A DNA stretch of 64,000 nt from an uncultured Pelagibacteraceae bacterium (GCA_902541745.1 CACBRW010000001.1:4134-68133); one strand, 5' to 3'. Shown: positions 9,467 to 18,746, counted from the first letter of the stretch. A program made the numbers and translations. Notes: generated by a model from the letters alone, not told the origin.

Positions 9467-10459
9467 ATGAAAAAATTTATAAATAATGTTGATGATTTTT
9501 TAAAAGAAAGTCTTAATGGATTTGGTAAAGCGCATAGCGAAATAATTAAAGTAAATTTTGAGCCAAACTTCATTTCTAGAAAGACAAAAACCAAAGAAGG
9601 AAAAGTATCTTTAATTTCAGGTGGAGGGAGTGGTCACGAACCTATGCACGGTGGTTTTGTTGGTCATGGAATGCTAGATGCAGCATGTCCAGGTTTTGTT
9701 TTTTCTGCACCTACTCCGGATCAAATGCAAGCTGCTGCTGAACATGTGGATAGCGGAGCTGGTGTTTTGTTCATAGTTAAAAATTATTCTGGTGATATTA
9801 TGAATTTTCAAATGGGTGCTGAAATGTACTCAGGTAAAAATGATAGTATCATTACTAATGACGATGTGGCTGTTGAAGACTCTACGTTCACAACCGGTAG
9901 AAGAGGTGTGGCTGCAACAGTTTTGGTTGAAAAGATAGTCGGATCACTTGCTGAGAATGGAGGTTCTTTAGAGGAATGTAAAAAACTTGGTGAAAAAGTA
10001 AATAAAAACTCAGGAACTATGGGTGTTGCTTTTACTAGTTGCACAGTTCCTGCTGCAGGAAAACCAACTTTTGATATTGGAAATGATGAAATGGAATTTG
10101 GAGTAGGTATACACGGTGAACCTGGAAGAAAGAGAGAAAAAATTCAACCATCAAAAACAATAGTCAATAATATGTTGGAAGCTATACTTGATGATTTAAA
10201 ACCACAAAAAAATGAAAAGACTCTTCTATTTGTAAATGGTATGGGCGGAACTCCTCTTACTGAATTATATTTAGTATACGATGATGCTTGTGAAATTTTA
10301 AAATCTAAAGGTATTGAAATCACAAGAAGTTTAGTTGGTAATTATTGTACATCACTTGAAATGCAAGGAGCATCTATAACACTCCTAAAATGTGATGAGG
10401 AAATTTTAAAAAATTGGGATGCACCTGTACATACTGCAGCTATGCGATGGGGTATGTAA
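9467..10459 (+). CDS. dhaK: Dihydroxyacetone kinase substrate-binding subunit DhaK (DAK1, PTS-type)
   Basis: SGGGSGHEP, KNYSGD, GRRGVA, GVGIHGEPG, C-terminal WDAPVHT; SD AGGAGG. Confidence 0.93.
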   Translation: MKKFINNVDDFLKESLNGFGKAHSEIIKVNFEPNFISRKTKTKEGKVSLISGGGSGHEPMHGGFVGHGMLDAACPGFVFSAPTPDQMQAAAEHVDSGAGVLFIVKNYSGDIMNFQMGAEMYSGKNDSIITNDDVAVEDSTFTTGRRGVAATVLVEKIVGSLAENGGSLEECKKLGEKVNKNSGTMGVAFTSCTVPAAGKPTFDIGNDEMEFGVGIHGEPGRKREKIQPSKTIVNNMLEAILDDLKPQKNEKTLLFVNGMGGTPLTELYLVYDDACEILKSKGIEITRSLVGNYCTSLEMQGASITLLKCDEEILKNWDAPVHTAAMRWGM

Positions 10460-10495
10460 AAAGTAATTTACATTTTTAATTAATTTTCGTATTAG
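10454..10495 (+). promoter_or_regulatory. Weak hairpin overlapping the dhaK stop plus a candidate sigma70 promoter for the next gene
   Basis: ATGTAAA-AAGTAA-TTTACAT then T run; TTTACA-N17-TATTAG. Confidence 0.35.
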
Positions 10496-10518
10496 AAAGT
10501 CCTTATTAAAACTTAACA

Positions 10519-11484
10519 ATGAGTAGTAAAAAAAAAATTTTAATTATTCAGCCTATTCACACTGCGGGTATAAAATTATTAGAAGATAATTCTGATTATG
10601 AATTTGAAATAGTTGAAAATACAGATAATGAATTTTTAAAATCCAAGATAAAGGATTGTGATGGTATATCCATAAGAACTGCAAAACTGACTGGTGAAGT
10701 TATAGAAGGTTCAACTAGATTAAAAATTATTTCAAGACATGGTGTTGGTTATGACAATATAGACTTAGAAAGCACTAAAAAAAATAATATCACTCTTGCG
10801 ATTACAGCAACTGCAAATGCAGTAGCAGTAGCTGAACATGTAATGTTTATGCTGCTAAATATTTCTAAAAAAGGAAATATGTATGATGAAACTGTTAAAA
10901 GCGGCAAATTCAATGATCGAAATAAATTGCCCAAAACAGTTGAATTGTGGAATAAAAATATATTGATTGCTGGGTTTGGTCGTATTGGACAAGCTTTGAT
11001 AAAAAGATGTCATGGATTTGAAATGAAGGTTTTTGTTTATGATCCATTTGTATCAAAAGAAATAATTGAAAAGCACGGTGGTATTAAAGTTGATAGTTTA
11101 GAGGAAGCATCTAAAAATATGGATGCAATATCTCTTCATGTGCCACTTAATGAAAAAACTAAAAATATTATCAATTATGACTTGCTGAAAAATATGAAAA
11201 AAAATTGCATTATTATAAATGCTGCAAGAGGTGGAGTTATAAATGAAATTGATTTAGATAAAGCTTTAAATGAAAATTTAATTCTTGGAGCTGGTTTAGA
11301 TGTTTTTGAGATTGAACCACCTGACTCAGATAATCCTTTGCTAAAAAATAATAAAGTATTTTTAAGTCCACACACTGCTGCATTCACAGAAGAATGTATG
11401 ACTAGGATGGGAAAAGAAACAATTCAAAATATTGTTGATTTTTTTAATGAAAAACTAGAAAAATCAAAAATTGTTAAATTATAG
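10519..11484 (+). CDS. D-isomer-specific 2-hydroxyacid dehydrogenase (SerA-like, no ACT domain)
   Basis: RHGVGYDNID, GFGRIG, SLHVP, INAARG, LDVFE, SPHTA. Confidence 0.9.
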   Translation: MSSKKKILIIQPIHTAGIKLLEDNSDYEFEIVENTDNEFLKSKIKDCDGISIRTAKLTGEVIEGSTRLKIISRHGVGYDNIDLESTKKNNITLAITATANAVAVAEHVMFMLLNISKKGNMYDETVKSGKFNDRNKLPKTVELWNKNILIAGFGRIGQALIKRCHGFEMKVFVYDPFVSKEIIEKHGGIKVDSLEEASKNMDAISLHVPLNEKTKNIINYDLLKNMKKNCIIINAARGGVINEIDLDKALNENLILGAGLDVFEIEPPDSDNPLLKNNKVFLSPHTAAFTEECMTRMGKETIQNIVDFFNEKLEKSKIVKL

Positions 11485-11497
11485 AATATAAAAACAA

Positions 11498-12400
11498 TTA
11501 TTTTTTATAAATATTAATTCTACTCTTATTCAGAGTATCAGTCAGATAATTATAACCAATTTTTGCATATTCAAATGGATTAGCTATGGCAGGATCTTGT
11601 TCTGCTTCGACAACTAGCCACCCTGAATAATTATTTTTTTTTAAAATGTCAAATAATGGCCTATAATTGATACATCCATCACCTGGAACAGTAAAAGCAC
11701 CTTCTAAAAAAGCTCCTCTAAAGCTAAAATCTTCTTTTAAAGATTTTTCTAAAATATTTTTTCTTATATCTTTACAATGAATATGAATAACTCTTTCGCT
11801 AAAATTTTTTAAAATTTCCAAAGAATTTCCTTGTGCAAATAGCATATGACCAGTATCCAGAGTCAGTTTAACACTATCATCAGTATTTTCTAACAACCTT
11901 ACAGTATCAACTTGACTTTCAATAACGGTACCCATGTGATGATGAAAAGCAAGTGGCATTCCTTCGTCCTGAAGATATTTTCCCATTTCTGAAATTTTTT
12001 CATAATATTTCTTTGACTCTTCTAGATTCATTTTTGGCCTTGTGGACAATTTTTTAGTAGGATCTCCTTGAATTGAACCAGATACTTCCGCAAAGACTAT
12101 GCAGGGTGCATTACAATCCTTAAACAATTTTAGCTGGGCTTGTATAACATTTTTTTCTTCATCTACTGTATTTGTTCTTAAATTTGCTCCATACCATCCA
12201 GAACAGAGGTCTAAGTTAAATTTTTTTAATATCGGAATTAACTCCTCAGATGTTTTGGGAAATTTTCCTCCTGACTCTATTCCAATAAATCCTGCTTGTC
12301 TCGCTTCAGACAAGCATTGTTCTAATGATGTCTCCCCTCCTAGTTCTGGCATATCATCATTACTCCAGGCAATTGGTGCAACTCCTAATTTTACAGACAT
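11498..12400 (-). CDS. iolE: myo-inosose-2 dehydratase
   Basis: APIAWSNDD, HHHMGT, DTGH, HCKD, FTVPGDG, VVEAEQDP. Confidence 0.93.
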   Translation of the reverse strand: MSVKLGVAPIAWSNDDMPELGGETSLEQCLSEARQAGFIGIESGGKFPKTSEELIPILKKFNLDLCSGWYGANLRTNTVDEEKNVIQAQLKLFKDCNAPCIVFAEVSGSIQGDPTKKLSTRPKMNLEESKKYYEKISEMGKYLQDEGMPLAFHHHMGTVIESQVDTVRLLENTDDSVKLTLDTGHMLFAQGNSLEILKNFSERVIHIHCKDIRKNILEKSLKEDFSFRGAFLEGAFTVPGDGCINYRPLFDILKKNNYSGWLVVEAEQDPAIANPFEYAKIGYNYLTDTLNKSRINIYKK

Positions 12401-12538
12401 AATCTTTTACAAGTTTTTATAATAATATTTATTCATAGAATATGATTTAATTGGCATCAAGAAATTTTTAGATTTTTAATAATAGTTCGTTTTTTAAAAA
12501 GTATCTTGATTTTAATTTTAATTCTGTTCTATTTTATT

Positions 12539-13540
12539 ATGCTAAATTTTTCTCTTATTGGTGCGGGTAGAATTGGTAAGATGCATGCAAAAATTATAAA
12601 AGCTCATCCAAAAACTAATTTAAAGTATGTTTTTGACGTTAATTCTAAATTAGCAAATGATGTAGTTAAATTAACTGGCTGTACAAAAGCAAAGTCAATA
12701 GAACAAGCGATCAATTCAAAAAATGTAGATGCAGTTTTAATAGCTTCAGCTACTCCAACTCACACAAAATACATAACATTGGCAGCTAAAGCAGGAAAAG
12801 CAATATTTTGTGAAAAACCTATAGATTTAAATATAAATAATGTAAACACATGTCAGAGAGATATTCAAAATTTTAAAGTACCAATACAGATTGGGTTTAA
12901 TAGAAGATTTGATTTGAGTCACTTAAAAGCTCAGAAAGCTAGAGCCAATAAAGAAATAGGTGAACTGGAAATGATTGTCATAACAAGTCGTGATCCTAAA
13001 CCACCAGGAATAAATTATTTAAAAGCTGCAGGAGGATTTTTTAGAGATGCAACAATACATGATTTTGATTTAACAAGGTTTATATTAGGAAACGACCCTG
13101 TTGTACAAATTTCCGCATTTGGTGGAGCACTTTTTGATAAAAATGCAAAAAAAATTAAAGATCAAGATACTGCTATGTTTATTTTAAAATCAAAAAAAGG
13201 TGTTCTGATACATATTAATAATTCAAGAAGAGCTGTTTATGGATACGATCAAAGGGTTGAGGTATTTGGAAGTAAGGGAATGATAATATCAAATAATCAA
13301 GTTCCAAATTCTGTCGAGAGATTTACAAGTAAATCAACTACTACTAAGGACACTATACACTTCTTCTTTATTGAAAGATATGAACAAGCTTATAAAGATC
13401 AATTTAATGAATTTGTAAAATGTGTAATAAAAAAAACTACCCCAAAGGTAACCTTTGAGGATGGAAAAAATGCTTTAATAATTGCAAACGCTGCATACAA
13501 ATCTCTAAAAAGTGGCAAGGTTATAAATATCAAATTTTAG
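12539..13540 (+). CDS. iolG: Inositol 2-dehydrogenase
   Basis: GAGRIG, CEKP, GFNRRFD, ITSRDP, IHDFD, NSRRAVYGYDQRVE; ATG 12539 preferred. Confidence 0.9.
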   Translation: MLNFSLIGAGRIGKMHAKIIKAHPKTNLKYVFDVNSKLANDVVKLTGCTKAKSIEQAINSKNVDAVLIASATPTHTKYITLAAKAGKAIFCEKPIDLNINNVNTCQRDIQNFKVPIQIGFNRRFDLSHLKAQKARANKEIGELEMIVITSRDPKPPGINYLKAAGGFFRDATIHDFDLTRFILGNDPVVQISAFGGALFDKNAKKIKDQDTAMFILKSKKGVLIHINNSRRAVYGYDQRVEVFGSKGMIISNNQVPNSVERFTSKSTTTKDTIHFFFIERYEQAYKDQFNEFVKCVIKKTTPKVTFEDGKNALIIANAAYKSLKSGKVINIKF

Positions 13541-14518
13541 ATGAAAAATTTATTCTTAAAAAAAAATAAAATAAGAAATACTGGCGTTGAAATAACTGAA
13601 TTAAGTTTTGGTACATCTTCACTAGGTAGCATGCCAGATACATATGGATATGAAGTTCCAGAACAAAGAGCTTTAGAGACGCTTGATAGGTTTTTTCAAG
13701 GACCAGTTAATATGCTGGATACATCAAGAAACTACGCAATGGGAGAGAGTGAAAAAAGAATTGGAAAAGCAATTAAAAAAATTGGAGCTTGGCCAAAAAA
13801 TTTTGTTTTATCCACTAAAGTTGATAGAAATATGGAAACACTGGTTCTAGATAAAAGACGTACAAGGGAGTCTATTGAAGAAAGTTTAAAAACTTTATCA
13901 GTAGATTCGGTAGATATACTTTTTCTACATGATCCAGAATATGTAAAAGATATTAACGATATTACAAAAAAAGATGGTGCTATTGATGAACTTTTCAAAA
14001 TTAAAGAGGAGGGATTAGCAAAAGCGATAGGTCTAGCCATGGGTAAAATAGACATTATGTTTCCAATGCTTAAAAATTGGGATTTTGATGTTCTGATAAA
14101 TCATAACAGATTTACTTTGCTTAATAGAGAAGCTAATGAAATGTATGATTATGCTCATAATAAAAATATAGCTATAATTAATGCAGCTCCATATGCTGGT
14201 GGAGTTCTTGCAAAAGGACCTGATAATTTTAAAAAGATTACTTATCAAAATGTCTCTGAGGAAAAATTAGAACCTGCTAGAAAAATTGAAAAAATTTGTA
14301 AAAATTACAATATCGATATTGGTGCTGCTGCCTTACAATTTTCAATCAAAGATAAAAGAATTGCATCAACTCTTTGTGGAGTTACAAGTGTACAAAGTAT
14401 CGAAAAAAATCTTGAATGGGCAAGCATCGAAATACCACAAGAATGCTGGGATGAAATTTTGAAATTACCTTTTTCAAGTAAAGACCCTGAATCTGACAGA
14501 GTTTATACACCAGGATAA
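13541..14518 (+). CDS. Aldo/keto reductase (aldose 1-dehydrogenase-like)
   Basis: DTSRNY, STK and LHDP catalytic tetrad motifs. Confidence 0.85.
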   Translation: MKNLFLKKNKIRNTGVEITELSFGTSSLGSMPDTYGYEVPEQRALETLDRFFQGPVNMLDTSRNYAMGESEKRIGKAIKKIGAWPKNFVLSTKVDRNMETLVLDKRRTRESIEESLKTLSVDSVDILFLHDPEYVKDINDITKKDGAIDELFKIKEEGLAKAIGLAMGKIDIMFPMLKNWDFDVLINHNRFTLLNREANEMYDYAHNKNIAIINAAPYAGGVLAKGPDNFKKITYQNVSEEKLEPARKIEKICKNYNIDIGAAALQFSIKDKRIASTLCGVTSVQSIEKNLEWASIEIPQECWDEILKLPFSSKDPESDRVYTPG

Positions 14519-14609
14519 TAAATTTAATTTTTAATTTAGACTTTTACAAATAATTTATTTATTTTTTATGCAATATAATTTAAATTAAATACTAATAAAG
14601 GAGGTATTT

Positions 14610-14936
14610 ATGGCTAAATTTATAGTAATGGGCAATTATACAGCGCAAGCCTTTAAAGGATTTATAGGTAATCCAGACCAAGACAGAGCTGCAGCAGCTA
14701 CTGCTTTATCTGAGGCAGTAGGAGGAAAAATGGAATCTTTTATGATCACAAGAGGAGCTTATGATTTTGTAGGAGTTGTGAGTGGTAGTATTGGATTTGA
14801 AGGCGCAGCAGCAGTTAAGCTAGCAGTTGAAGCTTCTGGAGCTATAACAAATTTTACCATATTAGAGGAAATGGATATGGGTAAAGCTGCCGGTATGGCA
14901 TCAAAGGCTATGGCCAATTATAAACCAGCAGGTTAA
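14610..14936 (+). CDS. GYD domain-containing protein
   Basis: About 100 aa, GGK..GAYD motif; perfect SD AAGGAGGT. Confidence 0.8.
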   Translation: MAKFIVMGNYTAQAFKGFIGNPDQDRAAAATALSEAVGGKMESFMITRGAYDFVGVVSGSIGFEGAAAVKLAVEASGAITNFTILEEMDMGKAAGMASKAMANYKPAG

Positions 14937-14944
14937 AACTAGAT

Positions 14945-14999
14945 TTTAAGTTAATTCTATCATGATTAATTTAATCAATTATGATAGCTTTAACTTAAA
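14945..14999. repeat. 55-bp imperfect inverted repeat filling the GYD-moaA spacer
   Basis: TTTAAGTTAA pairs with TTAACTTAAA; CTATCATGATT pairs with AATTATGATAG. Confidence 0.7.
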
Positions 15000-15991
15000 T
15001 GAAAATGTTAAGAGATAGTTTTGGTAGGTCTTTTCCATATATAAGACTATCGATTACCGATGTATGTAATTTTAAGTGTGGGTATTGTCTACCTAATGGT
15101 TATCAAGTTGATAAGAGCGATAATAGAAAATTTCTTCACTTAGAGGAAATCAAACGTCTAGCAAAAGTTTTTTCAAAATTGGGTGTATGCAAAATTAGAC
15201 TTACTGGAGGCGAACCAACAGTAAGAAAAGATTTTTTTGATATAATCAAGATCTTAAAAAATGAAGCTGGAATAAAAAAAGTTGTAATTACCACAAACGG
15301 TTATCATTTAGATGAAAAAGCAAGGATGTTAGTAGATAGTGGCTTAAACGGCATTAATATTAGCATTGATAGTCTAAATAGAAATACATTCAAAAATGTT
15401 ACAGGTCATGATCGATTACCAGAGATTTTAAAAGGAATTAACATCCTTCAAGATTTAAATTTTGAAAATATTAAGATTAATGCAGTTCTTTTAAATGGAA
15501 TAAATGCGTCAGAAAAAGATTTTGAGTCTTGGGGAGAATTTATAAAAAAGAACAAAGTGGATTTTCGATATATAGAACTAATGCAAACAGGCGATAACCT
15601 AGATTATTTTAAAAAATATCATGTATCTTCAAAAATTTTCAAAGATTACTTAAATAAAAATAATTGGATTTATCAAACCTTAGGCAAAGATGCAGGGCCG
15701 TCACTAAATTATATCAATCCAGAATACAAAGGGAAATTTGGAATTATAGCACCTTACTCTAAAGATTTTTGTAGAAGCTGTAACAGATTAAGAATTACAT
15801 CAAGAGGAGATCTTAGATTATGCCTATTTGGAAATACTGGAATAAGTATAAGACATTTATTACAAAAAGATGATCAAATTGAAGAATTACAAGATCTTAT
15901 AATGGGTCAAATGAAATTTAAAAAAGAATCTCACCATTTGGAACTAGGCGAAACTGGTTTAACTAAAAATTTATCTACTACAGGTGGCTAA
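14999..15991 (+). CDS. moaA: GTP 3',8-cyclase (radical SAM)
   Basis: CNFKCGYC, LTGGEP, CRSCNRLR..C, C-terminal GG. Confidence 0.96.
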   Translation: MKMLRDSFGRSFPYIRLSITDVCNFKCGYCLPNGYQVDKSDNRKFLHLEEIKRLAKVFSKLGVCKIRLTGGEPTVRKDFFDIIKILKNEAGIKKVVITTNGYHLDEKARMLVDSGLNGINISIDSLNRNTFKNVTGHDRLPEILKGINILQDLNFENIKINAVLLNGINASEKDFESWGEFIKKNKVDFRYIELMQTGDNLDYFKKYHVSSKIFKDYLNKNNWIYQTLGKDAGPSLNYINPEYKGKFGIIAPYSKDFCRSCNRLRITSRGDLRLCLFGNTGISIRHLLQKDDQIEELQDLIMGQMKFKKESHHLELGETGLTKNLSTTGG

Positions 15992-16536
15992 TGTCAAAAT
16001 TTAAAATTATAAATCAAGAAGAACTTAAAGATTGGGCGAAAGAAATATTTCAAAAAAACACTTTCAATATGGTTGATGTTTCTTCAAAAAAAGAAACTTT
16101 TAGAAGAGCACTTGCGTCAGGTAAAATTTATGTTGGAAAAGAGGTTTTTGATCTAATTAAAAATAAGAAGATGCCTAAAGGAGATCCTATTACTTTAGCT
16201 GAGGTATCAGCTGTGTTGGGTGTAAAAAAAACAAGTGAACTTATTCCTCTATGTCACCCACTTCCAATTGACCATACAGCTACTAAAATAATTATGAATG
16301 AATTAGACAGTTCATTAGAAGTTTTTTGTGTAGTTTCTGCAGTAGCAAAAACAGGTGTTGAAATGGAAGCTATAATGGGTGTTAACTCTGCCTTAATCAC
16401 AATTTATGATTTAAGCAAAATAGTAAATCCACATCTTAAAATTGATAACGTAAAATTATTAATTAAAGAAGGTGGAAAAAGTGGATTATGGAAAAACCCT
16501 GATGGTCTCCCAGATTTTTTAAAAAATATTTTTTAA
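15991..16536 (+). CDS. moaC: Cyclic pyranopterin monophosphate synthase
   Basis: MVDVS, LIPLCHP, TGVEMEA, IYDL, KEGGKSG. Confidence 0.95.
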   Translation: MSKFKIINQEELKDWAKEIFQKNTFNMVDVSSKKETFRRALASGKIYVGKEVFDLIKNKKMPKGDPITLAEVSAVLGVKKTSELIPLCHPLPIDHTATKIIMNELDSSLEVFCVVSAVAKTGVEMEAIMGVNSALITIYDLSKIVNPHLKIDNVKLLIKEGGKSGLWKNPDGLPDFLKNIF

Positions 16537-16805
16537 TGAAAATATCAGTTGAACTATTTGGCGCAGCTAGAGAATTTAGTACTAAATCCCATTTAGACTT
16601 TGAATTAATTGAAAATTCCTCAATAAAAGATCTTAGGAATCAAATGATAGAGTTTGTTGATATTAAATTTAAAGGAAATGAAACTTTTAAAAAAATTATT
16701 AAATCATCAGCTTTTTGTTCGTCTAATGATAAAATTGTCTCAGACAATTATAAAATAGTTAAAAAACAAAACTTTAGCATTATACCTCCTATAGGAGGCG
16801 GTTAA
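16536..16805 (+). CDS. moaD: Molybdopterin synthase sulfur carrier subunit
   Basis: LFG..RE near the N-terminus, C-terminal PPIGGG, position in the moa operon. Confidence 0.9.
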   Translation: MKISVELFGAAREFSTKSHLDFELIENSSIKDLRNQMIEFVDIKFKGNETFKKIIKSSAFCSSNDKIVSDNYKIVKKQNFSIIPPIGGG

Positions 16806-17251
16806 TGCTACATACTAAAATTATTGATACTTCAAAAAATGAGAAGATAGAAATTTCAAATGCAGAAAATTTTTTAAATCAATCGAAATTTGGTGCTGTA
16901 ATATATTTTGTTGGGACTGTAAGAGATTTAAATGAAAATAAAACAGTTACTGGTATTACTTATGATGCCAAAGAAAGTATGGTTATAAAAAGTTTTGAAG
17001 AAATTTATAAAGAAGCTGATAACAAGTTAAATATTAAAGAAAAAGCAGTATTTATTGAGCATGTTAAAGGATATGTAGGTTTAAAAGAAAAAAGCATCAT
17101 TATTGGTGTAGCTTGCAAACATAGGGATCAAGCTTTTGTATTATCTAGATATATAATTGAAGAAATTAAAAAAAGATCTCCTATTTGGAAAAAAGAGCAT
17201 TATGAAAATGAGAACAGTGAGTGGTTAAAAGGAATATCTCTAAATAATTAA
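16805..17251 (+). CDS. moaE: Molybdopterin synthase catalytic subunit
   Basis: FVGTVR, HR..AF, PIWKKE. Confidence 0.93.
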   Translation: MLHTKIIDTSKNEKIEISNAENFLNQSKFGAVIYFVGTVRDLNENKTVTGITYDAKESMVIKSFEEIYKEADNKLNIKEKAVFIEHVKGYVGLKEKSIIIGVACKHRDQAFVLSRYIIEEIKKRSPIWKKEHYENENSEWLKGISLNN

Positions 17252-17252
17252 A

Positions 17253-18158
17253 ATGATAAAATTTAAAAATTCAGAAATTACACCAGAGAATATTTATAAA
17301 AAAAGAAGATCTTTCATTAAATCTATAGGTCTTAGTGCAAGCACATTAGCAATGTCCGCTATACCCTTTGTAAATAAATCTTTAGCAAGTGAGAGAGATA
17401 AATTAACAAGTTATAAAGACATAACGACTTATAATAATTATTATGAGTTTGGAACATCAAAGAGTGATCCTCATAGAAATTCTCAAATATTTAAAACAAC
17501 TCCTTGGGATATAACTATTGAGGGTGAAGTTGAAAAACCAATAAAATTATCTATGGAAGAAATCTCAGAAATATTTATTTCTGAGGAAAGAATATATCGA
17601 TTAAGATGTGTTGAGGGTTGGTCAATGGTTATTCCATGGATGGGTTTTTCTTTAAGTAAATTACTATCAAAAGTAAATCCAACTAATAAAGCAAAGTTTG
17701 TTAAATTTGAAAGTGTGTATGACCCTGCACAAATGAAAGGTCAAAGATACCCTGTTTTAAACTGGCCTTACAATGAAGGTTTAAGAATTGATGAAGCCAT
17801 GCATCCTTTGACAACAGTTGTGACAGGTTTATATGGTAAAAAACTACCTAATCAAAACGGAGCACCACTAAGAATTTTTATTCCATGGAAATATGGTTTT
17901 AAAAGTGCAAAAGCTATTGTTAAAATTAAATTTCTCGAAAAAATGCCTACCTCATCATGGATGTGGGCTTCACCTAGAGAATATGGATTTTACTCAAATG
18001 TTAATCCTAATGTTGATCACCCGAGATGGTCACAAGCAACTGAAAGAATAATAGGCGAAGGTGTTTGGGCACCTAGAGTAAAGACCTTAATGTTTAATGG
18101 TTATGGAGATGAAGTTGCAAGTCTCTATAGCGGTATGGATTTAAAAAAAAATTTCTAA
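17253..18158 (+). CDS. msrP: Periplasmic protein-methionine-sulfoxide reductase catalytic subunit (Mo-MPT)
   Basis: Tat motif KRRSFIK, YNNYYEF, RCVEGWS, PWKYGFKS, EYGFYSNVNP. Confidence 0.95.
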   Translation: MIKFKNSEITPENIYKKRRSFIKSIGLSASTLAMSAIPFVNKSLASERDKLTSYKDITTYNNYYEFGTSKSDPHRNSQIFKTTPWDITIEGEVEKPIKLSMEEISEIFISEERIYRLRCVEGWSMVIPWMGFSLSKLLSKVNPTNKAKFVKFESVYDPAQMKGQRYPVLNWPYNEGLRIDEAMHPLTTVVTGLYGKKLPNQNGAPLRIFIPWKYGFKSAKAIVKIKFLEKMPTSSWMWASPREYGFYSNVNPNVDHPRWSQATERIIGEGVWAPRVKTLMFNGYGDEVASLYSGMDLKKNF

Positions 18159-18164
18159 ATTAAA

Positions 18165-18746
18165 TTGAGTAGATATTCTAAAACTCTAGTTTTTTTTCTC
18201 TCTCTTTGGCCAATTTATGTGATTTCTTATCAAATAATTTTTAATCAATTAGGTCCAGAGCCTGTTGATAGAATCATAAATCACTTTGGAGAATGGACTT
18301 TGATATTTATTCTTTTAACACTTTCAATGACACCGCTTAAGAAAATCACAAAATCAGTAGAGTGGATCAAGTTCAGAAGAATGCTTGGTTTGTTTACTTT
18401 TTTTTATGCATCTATTCATATGTTAAGTTATGTTGGTCTTGATTACAGATTTGATTTTGAGCCACTTATAAATGATGTCTTAAAAAAGAAGTTTATCTTT
18501 ATAGGATTTTCAGCTTGGCTGTTATTAATTCCACTTGCTGTAACGTCATCTGAGAAAATGGTTAGACTGTTAAAACAAAATTGGAAAAAAATTCATAGAT
18601 TAATTTATATAATTGGGATTTTTGGCGTACTTCATTATATTTGGTTGTCAAAAACAATATTTTTCAAACCACTTATATTTTTAATTATTTTAGTAATTCT
18701 TTTACTTTTTAGAATTAAAATTACTAGATCAGCTTCTAAAATCTGA
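18165..18746 (+). CDS. msrQ: Heme-binding membrane subunit of MsrPQ
   Basis: RRMLGL, YASIH, LAVTS, WKKIHRLIY..H; TTG start. Confidence 0.92.
   Translation: MSRYSKTLVFFLSLWPIYVISYQIIFNQLGPEPVDRIINHFGEWTLIFILLTLSMTPLKKITKSVEWIKFRRMLGLFTFFYASIHMLSYVGLDYRFDFEPLINDVLKKKFIFIGFSAWLLLIPLAVTSSEKMVRLLKQNWKKIHRLIYIIGIFGVLHYIWLSKTIFFKPLIFLIILVILLLFRIKITRSASKI

Noticed and set aside
14937-14998. Moco riboswitch upstream of moaA
   Set aside because: The spacer is only 62 bp and AT-rich, too short for the known multi-stem motif; reported as an unexplained inverted repeat instead
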